Position numbers and translations under genes: made by a program | The notes under the pieces: generated by a model | Database searches by the model: none | What the model saw: only the letters and a program-made list of their open reading frames with translations | What the model was told of the DNA's origin: nothing | Part shown: positions 18,245 to 26,182 of the stretch, piece by piece | Layout: every line of letters starts with the position of its first letter | How positions within the stretch are numbered: position 1 is the first letter of the stretch | Source: Erysipelothrix larvae | GTDB taxonomy: Bacteria > Bacillota_I > Bacilli_A > Erysipelotrichales > Erysipelotrichaceae | Direction: 5' to 3' | Assembly: GCF_001545095.1 (NCBI RefSeq) | Contig: NZ_CP013213.1 | Span: 1,290,001 to 1,322,000, forward strand | Length of the DNA stretch: 32,000 nucleotides

Positions 18245-21184
18245 TTACTTAATGTATCTACGTTTATTATTAATAAAATGCGAATCAGTGATGAGAACCA
18301 TCCCAATCAATATAAGCATGAAGTCGCCATAAGAAGATGCAACACCTGTATTTGGTATTGATGGTGATTCTGGTTTTGCTGGTTCCTCTGGTTTAACGGG
18401 TTCTTCTGGTTTTACAGGTTCTTCTGGTTTTACAGGTTCTTCTGGTTTTACAGGCTCCTCTGGTTTTACAGGTTCTTCTGGTTTTACAGGTTCTTCTGGT
18501 TTTACAGGTTCTTCTGGTTTTTGTACTGGTATTAAAGTATTAACAATATCCGTTCCTGTTTGTGTTGAAGTGTACCCACTTACACTTTCTTCTTCAACTG
18601 TGTAAATGATTTCTTTTCCATTTATATATTTTGGTAAGTTTTCAAATGTATAACTCCATACATCCCCTGTTTTACTAGTCCATACTGGTTTAATCATATC
18701 CAAAAGAAGTGTGTCAGCATACAGATATAATGTGATCGAATCTGGTCTTTTATTTTCAATGTTGTGATTATCATCCCATGTTTTAGTTCCTGAAATGTTG
18801 ATGTATTCAACTTTACGTGAGTTGATAAAGTCAAAGTCTTTTTTACTTGAAGTGTAACCATTCACAGTTTCTTCAACGACATCGTATTTGATTTCTACGC
18901 CATTTTGATATTTTGGTAAGTTTTTAAATGTATATTCCCATACATCCTTATTACTGTAATTCCAAATTGGTTGGATATTACTTATAAGAACATTATTTGC
19001 ATACAACTCAAGTTTTAGTGTATTAGGTCTGAACCCTTCTTGATTTTGATTATCATCCCATGTTTTTGTTCCTGAAATGTTGATGTATTCAACTTTTCGT
19101 GAGTTGATAAAGTCAAAGTCTTTTTTACTTGAAGTGTAACCATTCACAGTATCTTCAACGACATCGTATTTGATTTCTACGCCATTTTGATATTTTGGTA
19201 AGTTTTCAAATGTATATTCCCATACATCCTTATTACTGTAATTCCAAATTGGTTGGATATTACTTATAAGAACATTATTTGCATACAACTCAAGTTTTAG
19301 TGTATTAGGTCTGAATCCTTCTTGATTTTGATTATCATCCCATGTTTTAGTTCCTGAAATGTCGATGTATTCAACTTTACGTGAGTTGATAAAGTCAAAG
19401 TCTTTTTTACTTGAAGTGTAACCATTCACAGTATCTTCAACGACATCGTATTTGATTTCTACGCCATTTTGATATTTTGGTAAGTTTTCAAATGTATATT
19501 CCCATACATCCTTATTACTGTAATTCCAAATTGGTTGGATATTACTTATAAGAACATTATTTGCATACAACTCAAGTTTTAGTGTATTAGGTCTGAATCC
19601 TTCTTGATTTTGATTATCATCCCATGTTTTTGTTCCTGAAATAGACCGAAGAACTGGATTCGTAATGTTAACTTGAATCCCTTGAGTATCGGTATCAGTT
19701 ATTACAAATTCGTCTGAAGGACTGAATATTGGATCCCCATAACCTTCTAATTTTGAAACTTCGATCAGTTTATACTTTCCAGGTAAAAGCTTCGTACTAA
19801 GCGCTTCACCTACATTATCTGTAACTAATGTTTCGTAAAACACATATAATCCACTTTCATTCTCCTTGAGTAAACTGAATTCAATATTTTCCAATAATGC
19901 TCCTGCATCATCAGCTTTAATAATTCGTAGCATTTGAGGTGGTATCGGTCTAACACCTGCAGTTACCTTTTCAAATGAGATCACTCGACTTGCTTCTTCA
20001 CTATTGATTTGATCTGAAGAGATTGTCGCTACATTTTTATAATCACCACTTTCTCCGATGATTGTTGTATGGTAGACAACATGGAACATTTTTGCATATC
20101 CTTCATTTCCAGTAATTGTATAGTCCAGTTGGTTACCATCTGTGAGTAAACTGTTATACTTAATGTTTTTACGCGTTTGTTCTTCTGAAGAAGGATTTTT
20201 AAGTGTAGTATTTGGAATATCACCAAAGTAAATCACAATTGAAATCGTAATGCCATTATCATACAATCCGTACGTTGGTTGATTTGTAGCCTTAATACGC
20301 AATACAAAATCATTGTAGGATTCACCTTCATTTTGAACGACTTTTAAAAACTGAGATATGATGTTTTCTGATACATAATATCCTGTCATTTTTCCTTCTG
20401 TATCAGATAGGTAAAGTGGAACATGGATTGCGAAAGAGGTTGGATCCAATACCATGGATGGATCAAGTGTGTCTTCAAAAAGAACATGAGTCAGTTGGGT
20501 GTAGTCTTCGCTTGATGCACCGGTTTGCTTCTCAAATGCTTTTTTTCCGTTTATCATATTAACGCGTACAAGCCATCGATAGTCGTTAGTCCCTTGGAAA
20601 TGCGTTGCATATTTGGCATTGTTGGTTGTTGGTTTGTACTCTGCGTAGTTAGAATCAGGGCGTGGTTCTACATTTATGTTATATACTTGGTCATGAAACG
20701 TAAACGTTTGATCATCCCCCGACTTGTTTGTAGTTCCAATAAAATTAAAGTAACCATCTTTTAATGATGCGCTGTTTGCAGCTGTATCATTTAATACAAC
20801 AACCACTTTTTTCTCTGCTGTGATCTTATATTCACCAAGAACTTCTGCTGTTGAAGTTGAGATGAGTGGTTGCCAGTTAACTGAATTAAAACTCACGTTT
20901 TGTGTAGGAAGTTCTATCGTAAAACAACTGTTATTTTGAACATAATCCATTTCGGAGGCTTTTATTTCCCATTCAATTTGTGCGTTGACTTGTTGACCGT
21001 ACTGTAATGTTTGTCCATCATGAAGTTCAACCCAATCACTTCCATCATGAACCATGAGTTTTGCGTTATGCAACGTTACATGTTGTGTAATATCAGTACA
21101 TTGGTCTGGTTCTTGCGCAAAAATAGCTTGTGATGATATACATATACACATCGTTGCTAAAATCAATAATATCTTTTTCTTCAT
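18245..21184 (-). CDS. sortase-anchored surface adhesin (collagen-binding-like N-domain, SpaA/prealbumin-like domain, 4 CnaB-type repeats, PEEPVK wall spacer, IPNTG sorting signal)
   Basis: Signal peptide MKKKILLILATMCICISSQAIFA, with the start reset to the ATG at 21182-21184 after GGAGGG. Four repeats ISGTKTWDDN.N..G.RP......LYA... match the CnaB pattern. The C-terminus is IPNTG (18344-18358), then a hydrophobic stretch, then NNKRRYIK. Confidence 0.85.
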   Translation of the reverse strand: MKKKILLILATMCICISSQAIFAQEPDQCTDITQHVTLHNAKLMVHDGSDWVELHDGQTLQYGQQVNAQIEWEIKASEMDYVQNNSCFTIELPTQNVSFNSVNWQPLISTSTAEVLGEYKITAEKKVVVVLNDTAANSASLKDGYFNFIGTTNKSGDDQTFTFHDQVYNINVEPRPDSNYAEYKPTTNNAKYATHFQGTNDYRWLVRVNMINGKKAFEKQTGASSEDYTQLTHVLFEDTLDPSMVLDPTSFAIHVPLYLSDTEGKMTGYYVSENIISQFLKVVQNEGESYNDFVLRIKATNQPTYGLYDNGITISIVIYFGDIPNTTLKNPSSEEQTRKNIKYNSLLTDGNQLDYTITGNEGYAKMFHVVYHTTIIGESGDYKNVATISSDQINSEEASRVISFEKVTAGVRPIPPQMLRIIKADDAGALLENIEFSLLKENESGLYVFYETLVTDNVGEALSTKLLPGKYKLIEVSKLEGYGDPIFSPSDEFVITDTDTQGIQVNITNPVLRSISGTKTWDDNQNQEGFRPNTLKLELYANNVLISNIQPIWNYSNKDVWEYTFENLPKYQNGVEIKYDVVEDTVNGYTSSKKDFDFINSRKVEYIDISGTKTWDDNQNQEGFRPNTLKLELYANNVLISNIQPIWNYSNKDVWEYTFENLPKYQNGVEIKYDVVEDTVNGYTSSKKDFDFINSRKVEYINISGTKTWDDNQNQEGFRPNTLKLELYANNVLISNIQPIWNYSNKDVWEYTFKNLPKYQNGVEIKYDVVEETVNGYTSSKKDFDFINSRKVEYINISGTKTWDDNHNIENKRPDSITLYLYADTLLLDMIKPVWTSKTGDVWSYTFENLPKYINGKEIIYTVEEESVSGYTSTQTGTDIVNTLIPVQKPEEPVKPEEPVKPEEPVKPEEPVKPEEPVKPEEPVKPEEPVKPEEPAKPESPSIPNTGVASSYGDFMLILIGMVLITDSHFINNKRRYIK
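18374..18517 (-). repeat. 8 tandem in-frame 18-bp repeats encoding PEEPVK x7 + PEEPAK
   Basis: Plus strand shows ggttcttctggttttaca repeated head-to-tail with a few synonymous or near-synonymous changes. Confidence 0.95.
18518..19642 (-). repeat. 282-bp (94-codon) tandem coding repeats: three ~98% identical copies plus one diverged copy
   Basis: Copy boundaries are 19361-19642, 19079-19360 and 18797-19078. By eye, about 6 substitutions per 282 nt separate the copies at 18797-19078 and 19079-19360. The diverged fourth copy is at 18518-18796. The WDDN codons recur at exactly 282-nt spacing (ccca ends at 19624, 19342, 19060 and 18778). Confidence 0.95.
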
Positions 21185-21448
21185 TTCTTCCCTCCATTTT
21201 ATGTGCAAATATAAATAAATTTATTCACCTGATAACAATAATATATAAAAATAAGTGATAGCAAATCATCAAATAGATTTATACACTTTTTGAGTAATAA
21301 TCTACCTATTAAATAAATTATCTTTATATTTTAAAAAGGCCATAAATCGGATGAGGTATCAACGCATTCCGCTTGATTATATTTCTTTGATTAAGCTCTA
21401 GATTTGTATGATAACTTGAGTGATACATTTTGACTAGTTCAGGATGTG

Positions 21449-21477
21449 TTAAAAAAGACTCGCATATAACGAGTCTT
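21449..21477 (-). terminator. rho-independent terminator of cysK
   Basis: Minus strand: AAGACUCG-UUAUAUG-CGAGUCUU followed by UUUU. Confidence 0.85.
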
Positions 21478-21486
21478 AATTTACTA

Positions 21487-22422
21487 TTATTCTTCTTCAA
21501 AAAGCGGTGTCGATAAGTAACGTTCTCCAGTATCTGGAAGAATTACAACGATGCGTTTTCCTTTATTCTCAGGACGTTTTGCAAGTTCAATTGCAGCAAA
21601 TACTGCAGCACCTGATGAGATGCCCACAAGGTATCCTTGTTTGCGCGCAATCAGACGCCCTGTTTTAAATGCATCTTCATTGCTGACGCGAATTACTTCA
21701 TCAATGAGCTCTACATCAAGAACTGATGGCACAAAGCCAGCACCGATTCCTTGGATTTTATGAGGTCCTGGTTGACCCCCTGATAATACAGGTGAATCAG
21801 TTGGTTCAACAGCAATGAGTTTAATATTTGGAAGTTTTTCTTTAAGATATTTTCCTGAACCCGTTAGCGTACCTCCTGTACCAACTCCTGATACTAAGAT
21901 ATCAACTTCACCTTCAGTATCTTCATAGATTTCAGGTCCTGTTGTATAGTAGTGAATGGTTGGGTTTGCTTGATTATCAAATTGTGATGGGATAAATGCA
22001 TTTTCAAATGTTGCTGCAATTTCTTCAGCTTTCGCAATGGCACCCTTCATCCCTTTCGCACCTTCAGTTAATACAAGTTGAGCACCATAAGCACTTAAGA
22101 GTTTACGACGTTCAACGCTCATAGTTTCAGGCATTGTCAAGATAACTTTATACCCCAGTGCTGCACCTAATGATGCAAGTCCAATTCCTGTATTTCCACT
22201 TGTTGGCTCAACAATCACAGTGTCTTCGTTAATGATACCACGATTTTTAGCATCAGTAAGCATTGCAAATGCGATTCGATCTTTAACACTTCCACCTGGA
22301 TTAAAGGCTTCTAGTTTTCCAACAATCTCAGCTTCTAATCCAAATTCTTCTTGAATACGTGATAAAGAAAGAAGCGGTGTCTTTCCAATTAATTCGTGAA
22401 TTCCTTTATAAATCTTTGACAT
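21487..22422 (-). CDS. cysK: cysteine synthase A (O-acetylserine sulfhydrylase)
   Basis: PLP lysine motif [31 protein letters not shown]. The start was reset to the ATG at 22420-22422 ([17 protein letters not shown]), preceded by GGAGGA. Confidence 0.93.
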   Translation of the reverse strand: MSKIYKGIHELIGKTPLLSLSRIQEEFGLEAEIVGKLEAFNPGGSVKDRIAFAMLTDAKNRGIINEDTVIVEPTSGNTGIGLASLGAALGYKVILTMPETMSVERRKLLSAYGAQLVLTEGAKGMKGAIAKAEEIAATFENAFIPSQFDNQANPTIHYYTTGPEIYEDTEGEVDILVSGVGTGGTLTGSGKYLKEKLPNIKLIAVEPTDSPVLSGGQPGPHKIQGIGAGFVPSVLDVELIDEVIRVSNEDAFKTGRLIARKQGYLVGISSGAAVFAAIELAKRPENKGKRIVVILPDTGERYLSTPLFEEE

Positions 22423-22451
22423 AAATATCCTCCAATACGTCTTCATCTTGT

Positions 22452-22480
22452 ATTATAAGCTCGTTTTGAGTGACTTTCAA
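22452..22480 (-). promoter_or_regulatory. near-consensus sigmaA promoter of cysK
   Basis: Minus strand: TTGAAA (22475-22480), 17-nt spacer, TATAAT (22452-22457). Confidence 0.65.
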
Positions 22481-22504
22481 GATAAATGCATAAATTCATA
22501 CGTA

Positions 22505-22533
22505 TTGACAATGTTATTAATTCGTTTTAAACT
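22505..22533 (+). promoter_or_regulatory. sigmaA-type promoter of the Rrf2/CymR-like gene
   Basis: TTGACA (22505-22510), 17-nt spacer, TAAACT (22528-22533). The 8-bp palindrome ATACGTAT (22498-22505) abuts the -35. Confidence 0.5.
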
Positions 22534-22556
22534 AATATAAAGGAGATCCATTAATT

Positions 22557-22979
22557 ATGAAATTATCCGCTAAATCACGTTATGGTATTGCTGCATTGGT
22601 CTATTTACACGTTCAAAATGAAACCACGTCATTGATTTCAATTGCAAATCATCTAAATATTTCCAAAATTTATATGGAACAAGTATTCTCAAGTTTACGA
22701 AGTGCTGGTATTGTTGAGGCAATTAAGGGTCCAAATGGGGGCTACTATATGAAAAGCAGTGAATACAGTATGTTTGATATCATTAATATTTTAGAACCAG
22801 AAATGCTGAAAAAAACACAAGCCTCAACGGATGATAATACCATCAATCAAGTCTTGTGTGAGAATTTCTATTCAATTGTTGATGCACATTTGAGTGAATT
22901 ACTCAAAGGCATACTCATTAAGGACATTGCAGAAAAAGTTAAAAACTATAATTCGAATGAACCGATGTATTACATCTAA
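22557..22979 (+). CDS. cymR: Rrf2-family transcriptional regulator, CymR-like (no Fe-S cysteine triad)
   Basis: KSRYGIAALVYL N-terminal wHTH, GPNGGYYM, and a C-terminal ...EPMYYI resembling the Bacillus CymR ...AYMFYI. There is only one Cys in the protein. It is divergent from cysK. Confidence 0.75.
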   Translation: MKLSAKSRYGIAALVYLHVQNETTSLISIANHLNISKIYMEQVFSSLRSAGIVEAIKGPNGGYYMKSSEYSMFDIINILEPEMLKKTQASTDDNTINQVLCENFYSIVDAHLSELLKGILIKDIAEKVKNYNSNEPMYYI

Positions 22980-24319
22980 TCTTCATCAGGCACTTCTTCA
23001 AGAGGTGCCTCTTTTTTTACCAGTACCTTCGATACAACTTTTTCGTCGACACCCATAATTGAGAATCGATAATCCTCAAAGAGAACATCAGATTCTGGAT
23101 TCATAATATCGTCATCAGTCGGAATCCGTCCAAGTTCACCAATTACAAAACCACTTACAGTGTCATAATCATCTACAGGTAAGTCAATATCCAAGATCTT
23201 CTCGAGTTCTTCAATATCACAATACCCTTCGACTTGGTATTCATCAGGTCCAAGTTCAACGATTTCTACATCTTCTTCAATATCATACTCGTCCATGATG
23301 TTCCCCATTACTTCTTCAATTAAATCTTCTAAAGTAACAATACCAGCGGTTCCACCATATTCATCAATGACAATTGCGATATGCGTCTTGTTGGCTTTTA
23401 GTTCTGTAAATAACTCATCCGTTTGTTTTGATTCCGGAACAAAGTAAGGCTCACGCAACCATTCTTTAATGTTGAAGTGAGTTGGATCTCCATCTTTGCG
23501 GATAAATTTCAATAAGTCTCGCACGTGTAGGATCCCTACAACGTTATCGACATTATCTTCATAGACAGGATAACGGGTAAATCGTTCTTCATACACAAGA
23601 TCCATAATTTCATCAAAATCTGATTCAATATCAAGTGCAATCATATCGGTTCGGTGAGTCATAATATCTGAAACATCGTGATTATCAAAATCAAATACAT
23701 TTTGTATCATTTCTTTTTCATTCACATTAATTTCCCCTGCTTCCACCATAATCCGAATTTCTTCTTCGGTGACTTCTTCTTCATGCGACGCTGGATCGAT
23801 TCCCAACAATCTAAGCACAAGGTTAGTGGAAATGGAAAGTAAATGGATTAAAGGCACAAATACTTTCGATATAAAATAAACAGGGTAGCATACAAAGAAC
23901 GCGAACTTCTCAGGAGATACCATCGCAATACGCTTTGGAACAAGCTCTCCAAGAACAAGCATTAGATATGCAGTAATAAGGGTAATTAAGACAACCGCAA
24001 TCGGACGCATTACACCAAATGAGATGCCTCCCCCAGTTAGGGATACAATCCAGTTTGCTAGATAATCTGCAAAGGTATCAGCAGCAAAGGCCCCTGATAA
24101 CATACTTGCAAGCGAAACACCAATTTGAATGGTAGATAAAAAGCGTGTAGGAACTTCTTTTAAAGCCATAACAATTTTTGCTTTACGATGTCCCTCTTCA
24201 CTCATTGCTTTTAGTTTCACAGAGTTCAATGATATAAACGCAATTTCACTTCCAGCGAAAAAAGCATTCATCAAAATAAGAACAAGTAGAATTAATATCT
24301 GTGTAATATAGTTCCCCAT
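22976..24319 (-). CDS. CNNM/CorB-family divalent cation (Mg2+) efflux protein: DUF21 + CBS pair + CorC_HlyC ('hemolysin' family)
   Basis: 447 aa. The N-terminal 4-TM DUF21 contains the GELVPKR motif. A tandem CBS region (DIMTHRTDM ... VVGILHVRDL) and the C-terminal CorC_HlyC domain are present. GGGGAGGA (24328-24335) lies 8 nt upstream of the ATG. Confidence 0.88.
   Translation of the reverse strand: MGNYITQILILLVLILMNAFFAGSEIAFISLNSVKLKAMSEEGHRKAKIVMALKEVPTRFLSTIQIGVSLASMLSGAFAADTFADYLANWIVSLTGGGISFGVMRPIAVVLITLITAYLMLVLGELVPKRIAMVSPEKFAFFVCYPVYFISKVFVPLIHLLSISTNLVLRLLGIDPASHEEEVTEEEIRIMVEAGEINVNEKEMIQNVFDFDNHDVSDIMTHRTDMIALDIESDFDEIMDLVYEERFTRYPVYEDNVDNVVGILHVRDLLKFIRKDGDPTHFNIKEWLREPYFVPESKQTDELFTELKANKTHIAIVIDEYGGTAGIVTLEDLIEEVMGNIMDEYDIEEDVEIVELGPDEYQVEGYCDIEELEKILDIDLPVDDYDTVSGFVIGELGRIPTDDDIMNPESDVLFEDYRFSIMGVDEKVVSKVLVKKEAPLEEVPDED
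22988..23018 (+). terminator. rho-independent terminator of the cymR-like gene, embedded antisense in the 3' coding end of the CorB-type gene
   Basis: AGGCAC-UUCUUCAAGAG-GUGCCU followed by CUUUUUUUAC, 9 nt after the cymR-like stop. Confidence 0.7.
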
Positions 24320-24450
24320 TATTTAGTTCCTCCCCTATAAACTAAAAAAGTGCGAACGTTAGATTCACATGAATTCAAATTGATTATATTTCCAATAACA
24401 TCTGAATTTAAACTTACATTTGGACATCTGTCCAGGTCACTGTCAGTCAC
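24319..24450 (-). CDS. candidate upstream ORF / leader peptide (43-45 codons) coupled to the CorB-type gene
   Basis: GGAGG (24458-24462) is followed by an ATG (24454-24456, 1-nt spacer) and a GTG (24448-24450, 7-nt spacer). The frame reads through the transporter SD and stops at a TAA sharing one nucleotide with the transporter ATG (UAAUG, 24317-24321). No homology was recognised, so it could be a chance ORF. Confidence 0.3.
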   Translation of the reverse strand: MTDSDLDRCPNVSLNSDVIGNIINLNSCESNVRTFLVYRGGTK

Positions 24451-24475
24451 AATCATTCCTCCAATATATACAAGT

Positions 24476-24504
24476 ATAATAGACATTCCAAAGCGAAATG
24501 TCAA
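24476..24504 (-). promoter_or_regulatory. sigmaA-type promoter of the CorB-type gene leader
   Basis: Minus strand: TTGACA (24499-24504), 17-nt spacer, TATTAT (24476-24481). Confidence 0.6.
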
Positions 24505-24556
24505 CATTTATCGTCGTTTTATCTCTAATGATTGCATATATAACAAATTTAAAGGT

Positions 24557-24582
24557 ATAAGAAAACAAGCACACGGCTTGTT
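24557..24582 (-). terminator. rho-independent terminator of the small membrane protein gene
   Basis: Minus strand: AACAAGC-CGUGU-GCUUGUU followed by UUCUUAUA. It overlaps the stop codon. Confidence 0.75.
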
Positions 24583-24775
24583 ATTCTACGATATCGTTTA
24601 GTCCTGATTCACCATTGAGTTCACTCGCAAATTCATTCACAGTAGTTTCTGCAGTATCACTAATATCATCGAGAGCTTTAAGTGTTTCTTCAACCTTCAC
24701 TTGATTACGTTTTAAGTAGTATGCTGCACCACCAGCTAATGCTGCAATAACTGCTAAAGGAAGTATTCTTTTCAT
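24581..24775 (-). CDS. small membrane-anchored protein (YtxH-like N-terminus, acidic tail), hypothetical
   Basis: 64 aa with a Gly/Ala-rich TM (LPLAVIAALAGGAAYYL), then a charged helical tail. An AGAGAGGA RBS and its own terminator support expression. Confidence 0.4.
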   Translation of the reverse strand: MKRILPLAVIAALAGGAAYYLKRNQVKVEETLKALDDISDTAETTVNEFASELNGESGLNDIVE

Positions 24776-24904
24776 AATTATCCTCTCTTTCTACTTTTAG
24801 TCTACCATAATCCCCCTATAAATCATAGTAAAATAAGCAAGACTTCACAGAACATTCATCTAAAAAACATTGTTTATAACGATTAATTTAAATGATGGTT
24901 TACT

Positions 24905-26080
24905 TTAGTTAAGAACGCGATTATTGGTGCGTAATTCTTTATCATGTTTTAAGATGAACGGCAAATAAACAAGCCCTGAAACAAAAATATTCACAAAGGC
25001 CAATAGCATAGCACTCCAATCAAAAAATGTTCCAAAAAGTGCTGCAAGTGGTCCTGGCATAATCCACGTAATTGTATAGGCTGGAAAACGAACATAGCCT
25101 AATTGAATTGCAAAGTATGAAAGTGTAACCATAAGGATTGGGGCAAGGAAGAATGGAATATAATAGCGTTTATTCTCTACAATAGGCACTCCAAAGATGA
25201 CTGGCTCGTTGATGTTAAAGAGACCTGGAACTAATGATTCGTTTGCAATTGATTGCATATAATCACTTTTTGTAAAGAGTTTAAGCATGATCGATAACCC
25301 TAAGGTTCCACCCGATCCACCAATCCAAACAAAGGTTGTAATAAGCCCTTCTGTACCGATATATACAGGCTTGCCAGTCGATGTAAAGGATACGATGTTA
25401 ATGAGCGTCATCGGCACCCAAAACACTCTCATAACTCGATTCACGATGTTTGCACCGTGATATCCAGAAGTCCAAATTAAACAAATGCAAAGTACTGATA
25501 ACAACATTACAGGATAACTTCCAATGATTGAGAATAACTGATGGGTTAGACTGACAATTTGTTGAGCATACCGTGCAACAAGTGAAAACATACTGACACT
25601 GAAAAGTGCTAAAAACACAAGTGGAATGAGTCCACTTAAGGTGCTCAATACTGCACCAGGAATCTTTGTTCCTTTAAGTTTGATATCACGACTTAATAAG
25701 AATACAAATTTAATCAACAGTGCACATAAAAATGCAGGTAACAGTGCATAGGGAGCATGTGTACTGGAAAGTAATAAGGGTGATGTCGCACACAGAGTTG
25801 CTAAAGCGATGGATAACGATTGAGATGAGATATCATCCCCTGCTTTCATCTTTCCAACCGATAGTGATATAACAAAGACACAGATACTACAAAAAATTGG
25901 AAGTGCACCGATAACAATTAAAGACATTGTTTGATTGGACCAAGGATTGCCTCCACTAAAGAGACTGGCACATATTAAAATGATCGACAAAAGGACGTAA
26001 ATCGGGTCCATTGTTCCAACGACTTTCTGTGCCATTCCTAGAAATGCGTTGTTTTGAATTTTCTCAAGAATTTTACTCAT
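24905..26080 (-). CDS. PTS EIIC-type permease (lactose/cellobiose family), orphan
   Basis: 391 aa polytopic protein. The block NINEPVIFGVPIVENKRYYIPFFLAPIL matches the conserved NEP..FG.PIV.NP...IPF block of type-3 EIIC domains. No EIIA or EIIB gene is present in the window. Confidence 0.7.
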   Translation of the reverse strand: MSKILEKIQNNAFLGMAQKVVGTMDPIYVLLSIILICASLFSGGNPWSNQTMSLIVIGALPIFCSICVFVISLSVGKMKAGDDISSQSLSIALATLCATSPLLLSSTHAPYALLPAFLCALLIKFVFLLSRDIKLKGTKIPGAVLSTLSGLIPLVFLALFSVSMFSLVARYAQQIVSLTHQLFSIIGSYPVMLLSVLCICLIWTSGYHGANIVNRVMRVFWVPMTLINIVSFTSTGKPVYIGTEGLITTFVWIGGSGGTLGLSIMLKLFTKSDYMQSIANESLVPGLFNINEPVIFGVPIVENKRYYIPFFLAPILMVTLSYFAIQLGYVRFPAYTITWIMPGPLAALFGTFFDWSAMLLAFVNIFVSGLVYLPFILKHDKELRTNNRVLN

Positions 26081-26109
26081 AAACTTATTTTTCCCTCGTT
26101 TTCAAATCA

Positions 26110-26138
26110 ATTATACACTGTCTATGCACCCTTTACAA
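26110..26138 (-). promoter_or_regulatory. sigmaA-type promoter of the EIIC gene
   Basis: Minus strand: TTGTAA (26133-26138), 17-nt spacer, TATAAT (26110-26115). Confidence 0.55.
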
Positions 26139-26154
26139 GAAAGCTTATAACTAT

Positions 26155-26182
26155 AAAAAAGACTAGTGCAATTGCATCTAGC
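26155..26182 (-). terminator. rho-independent terminator ending the alpha-operon/trmR transcript
   Basis: Minus strand: CUAGAUGCA-AU-UGCACUAG imperfect stem followed by UCUUUUUUAU. It overlaps the stop codon. Confidence 0.75.

Noticed and set aside
18374-19642. Regular tandem repeats (18 bp and 282 bp) as a possible CRISPR or satellite array.
   Set aside because: The repeats are contiguous with no unique spacers. They are in frame within a long ORF and encode recognisable CnaB and proline-rich wall-spanning modules.
21185-21448. The ~260-nt AT-rich region upstream of the adhesin gene as a possible riboswitch, small ORF or phase-variation switch.
   Set aside because: It contains only a 13-codon ORF without an SD. 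There are no inverted repeats flanking an invertible segment, no homopolymer or short tandem tract, and no recognisable RNA motif. The promoter position could not be fixed confidently.
24354-24366. GAACGTTAGATTC resembling a Bacillota LexA (Cheo) box, GAAC-N4-GTTC.
   Set aside because: The second half-site is GATTC, not GTTC. It is a single occurrence and the adjacent gene has no SOS function.
24320-24475. Possibility that the CorB-type gene leader is an M-box (Mg2+) or another known riboswitch.
   Set aside because: I could not find the conserved M-box or yybP-ykoY blocks, or a multi-helix fold. Only one short stable hairpin is evident. This needs a covariance-model search to exclude formally.
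24319-24507. Full 62-aa version of the small ORF upstream of the CorB-type gene.
   Set aside because: Its first two Met codons (24505-24507 and 24484-24486) lie inside or upstream of the predicted promoter elements and have no SD. Only the 43-45-codon version downstream of the GGAGG is plausible, and it is kept as a low-confidence feature.
24350-24601. 83-aa plus-strand ORF spanning the same intergenic region.
   Set aside because: It has a GTG start with no SD and no promoter. It runs antisense through the mapped promoter, the terminator and the 3' end of the neighbouring gene, so it is probably a chance ORF.
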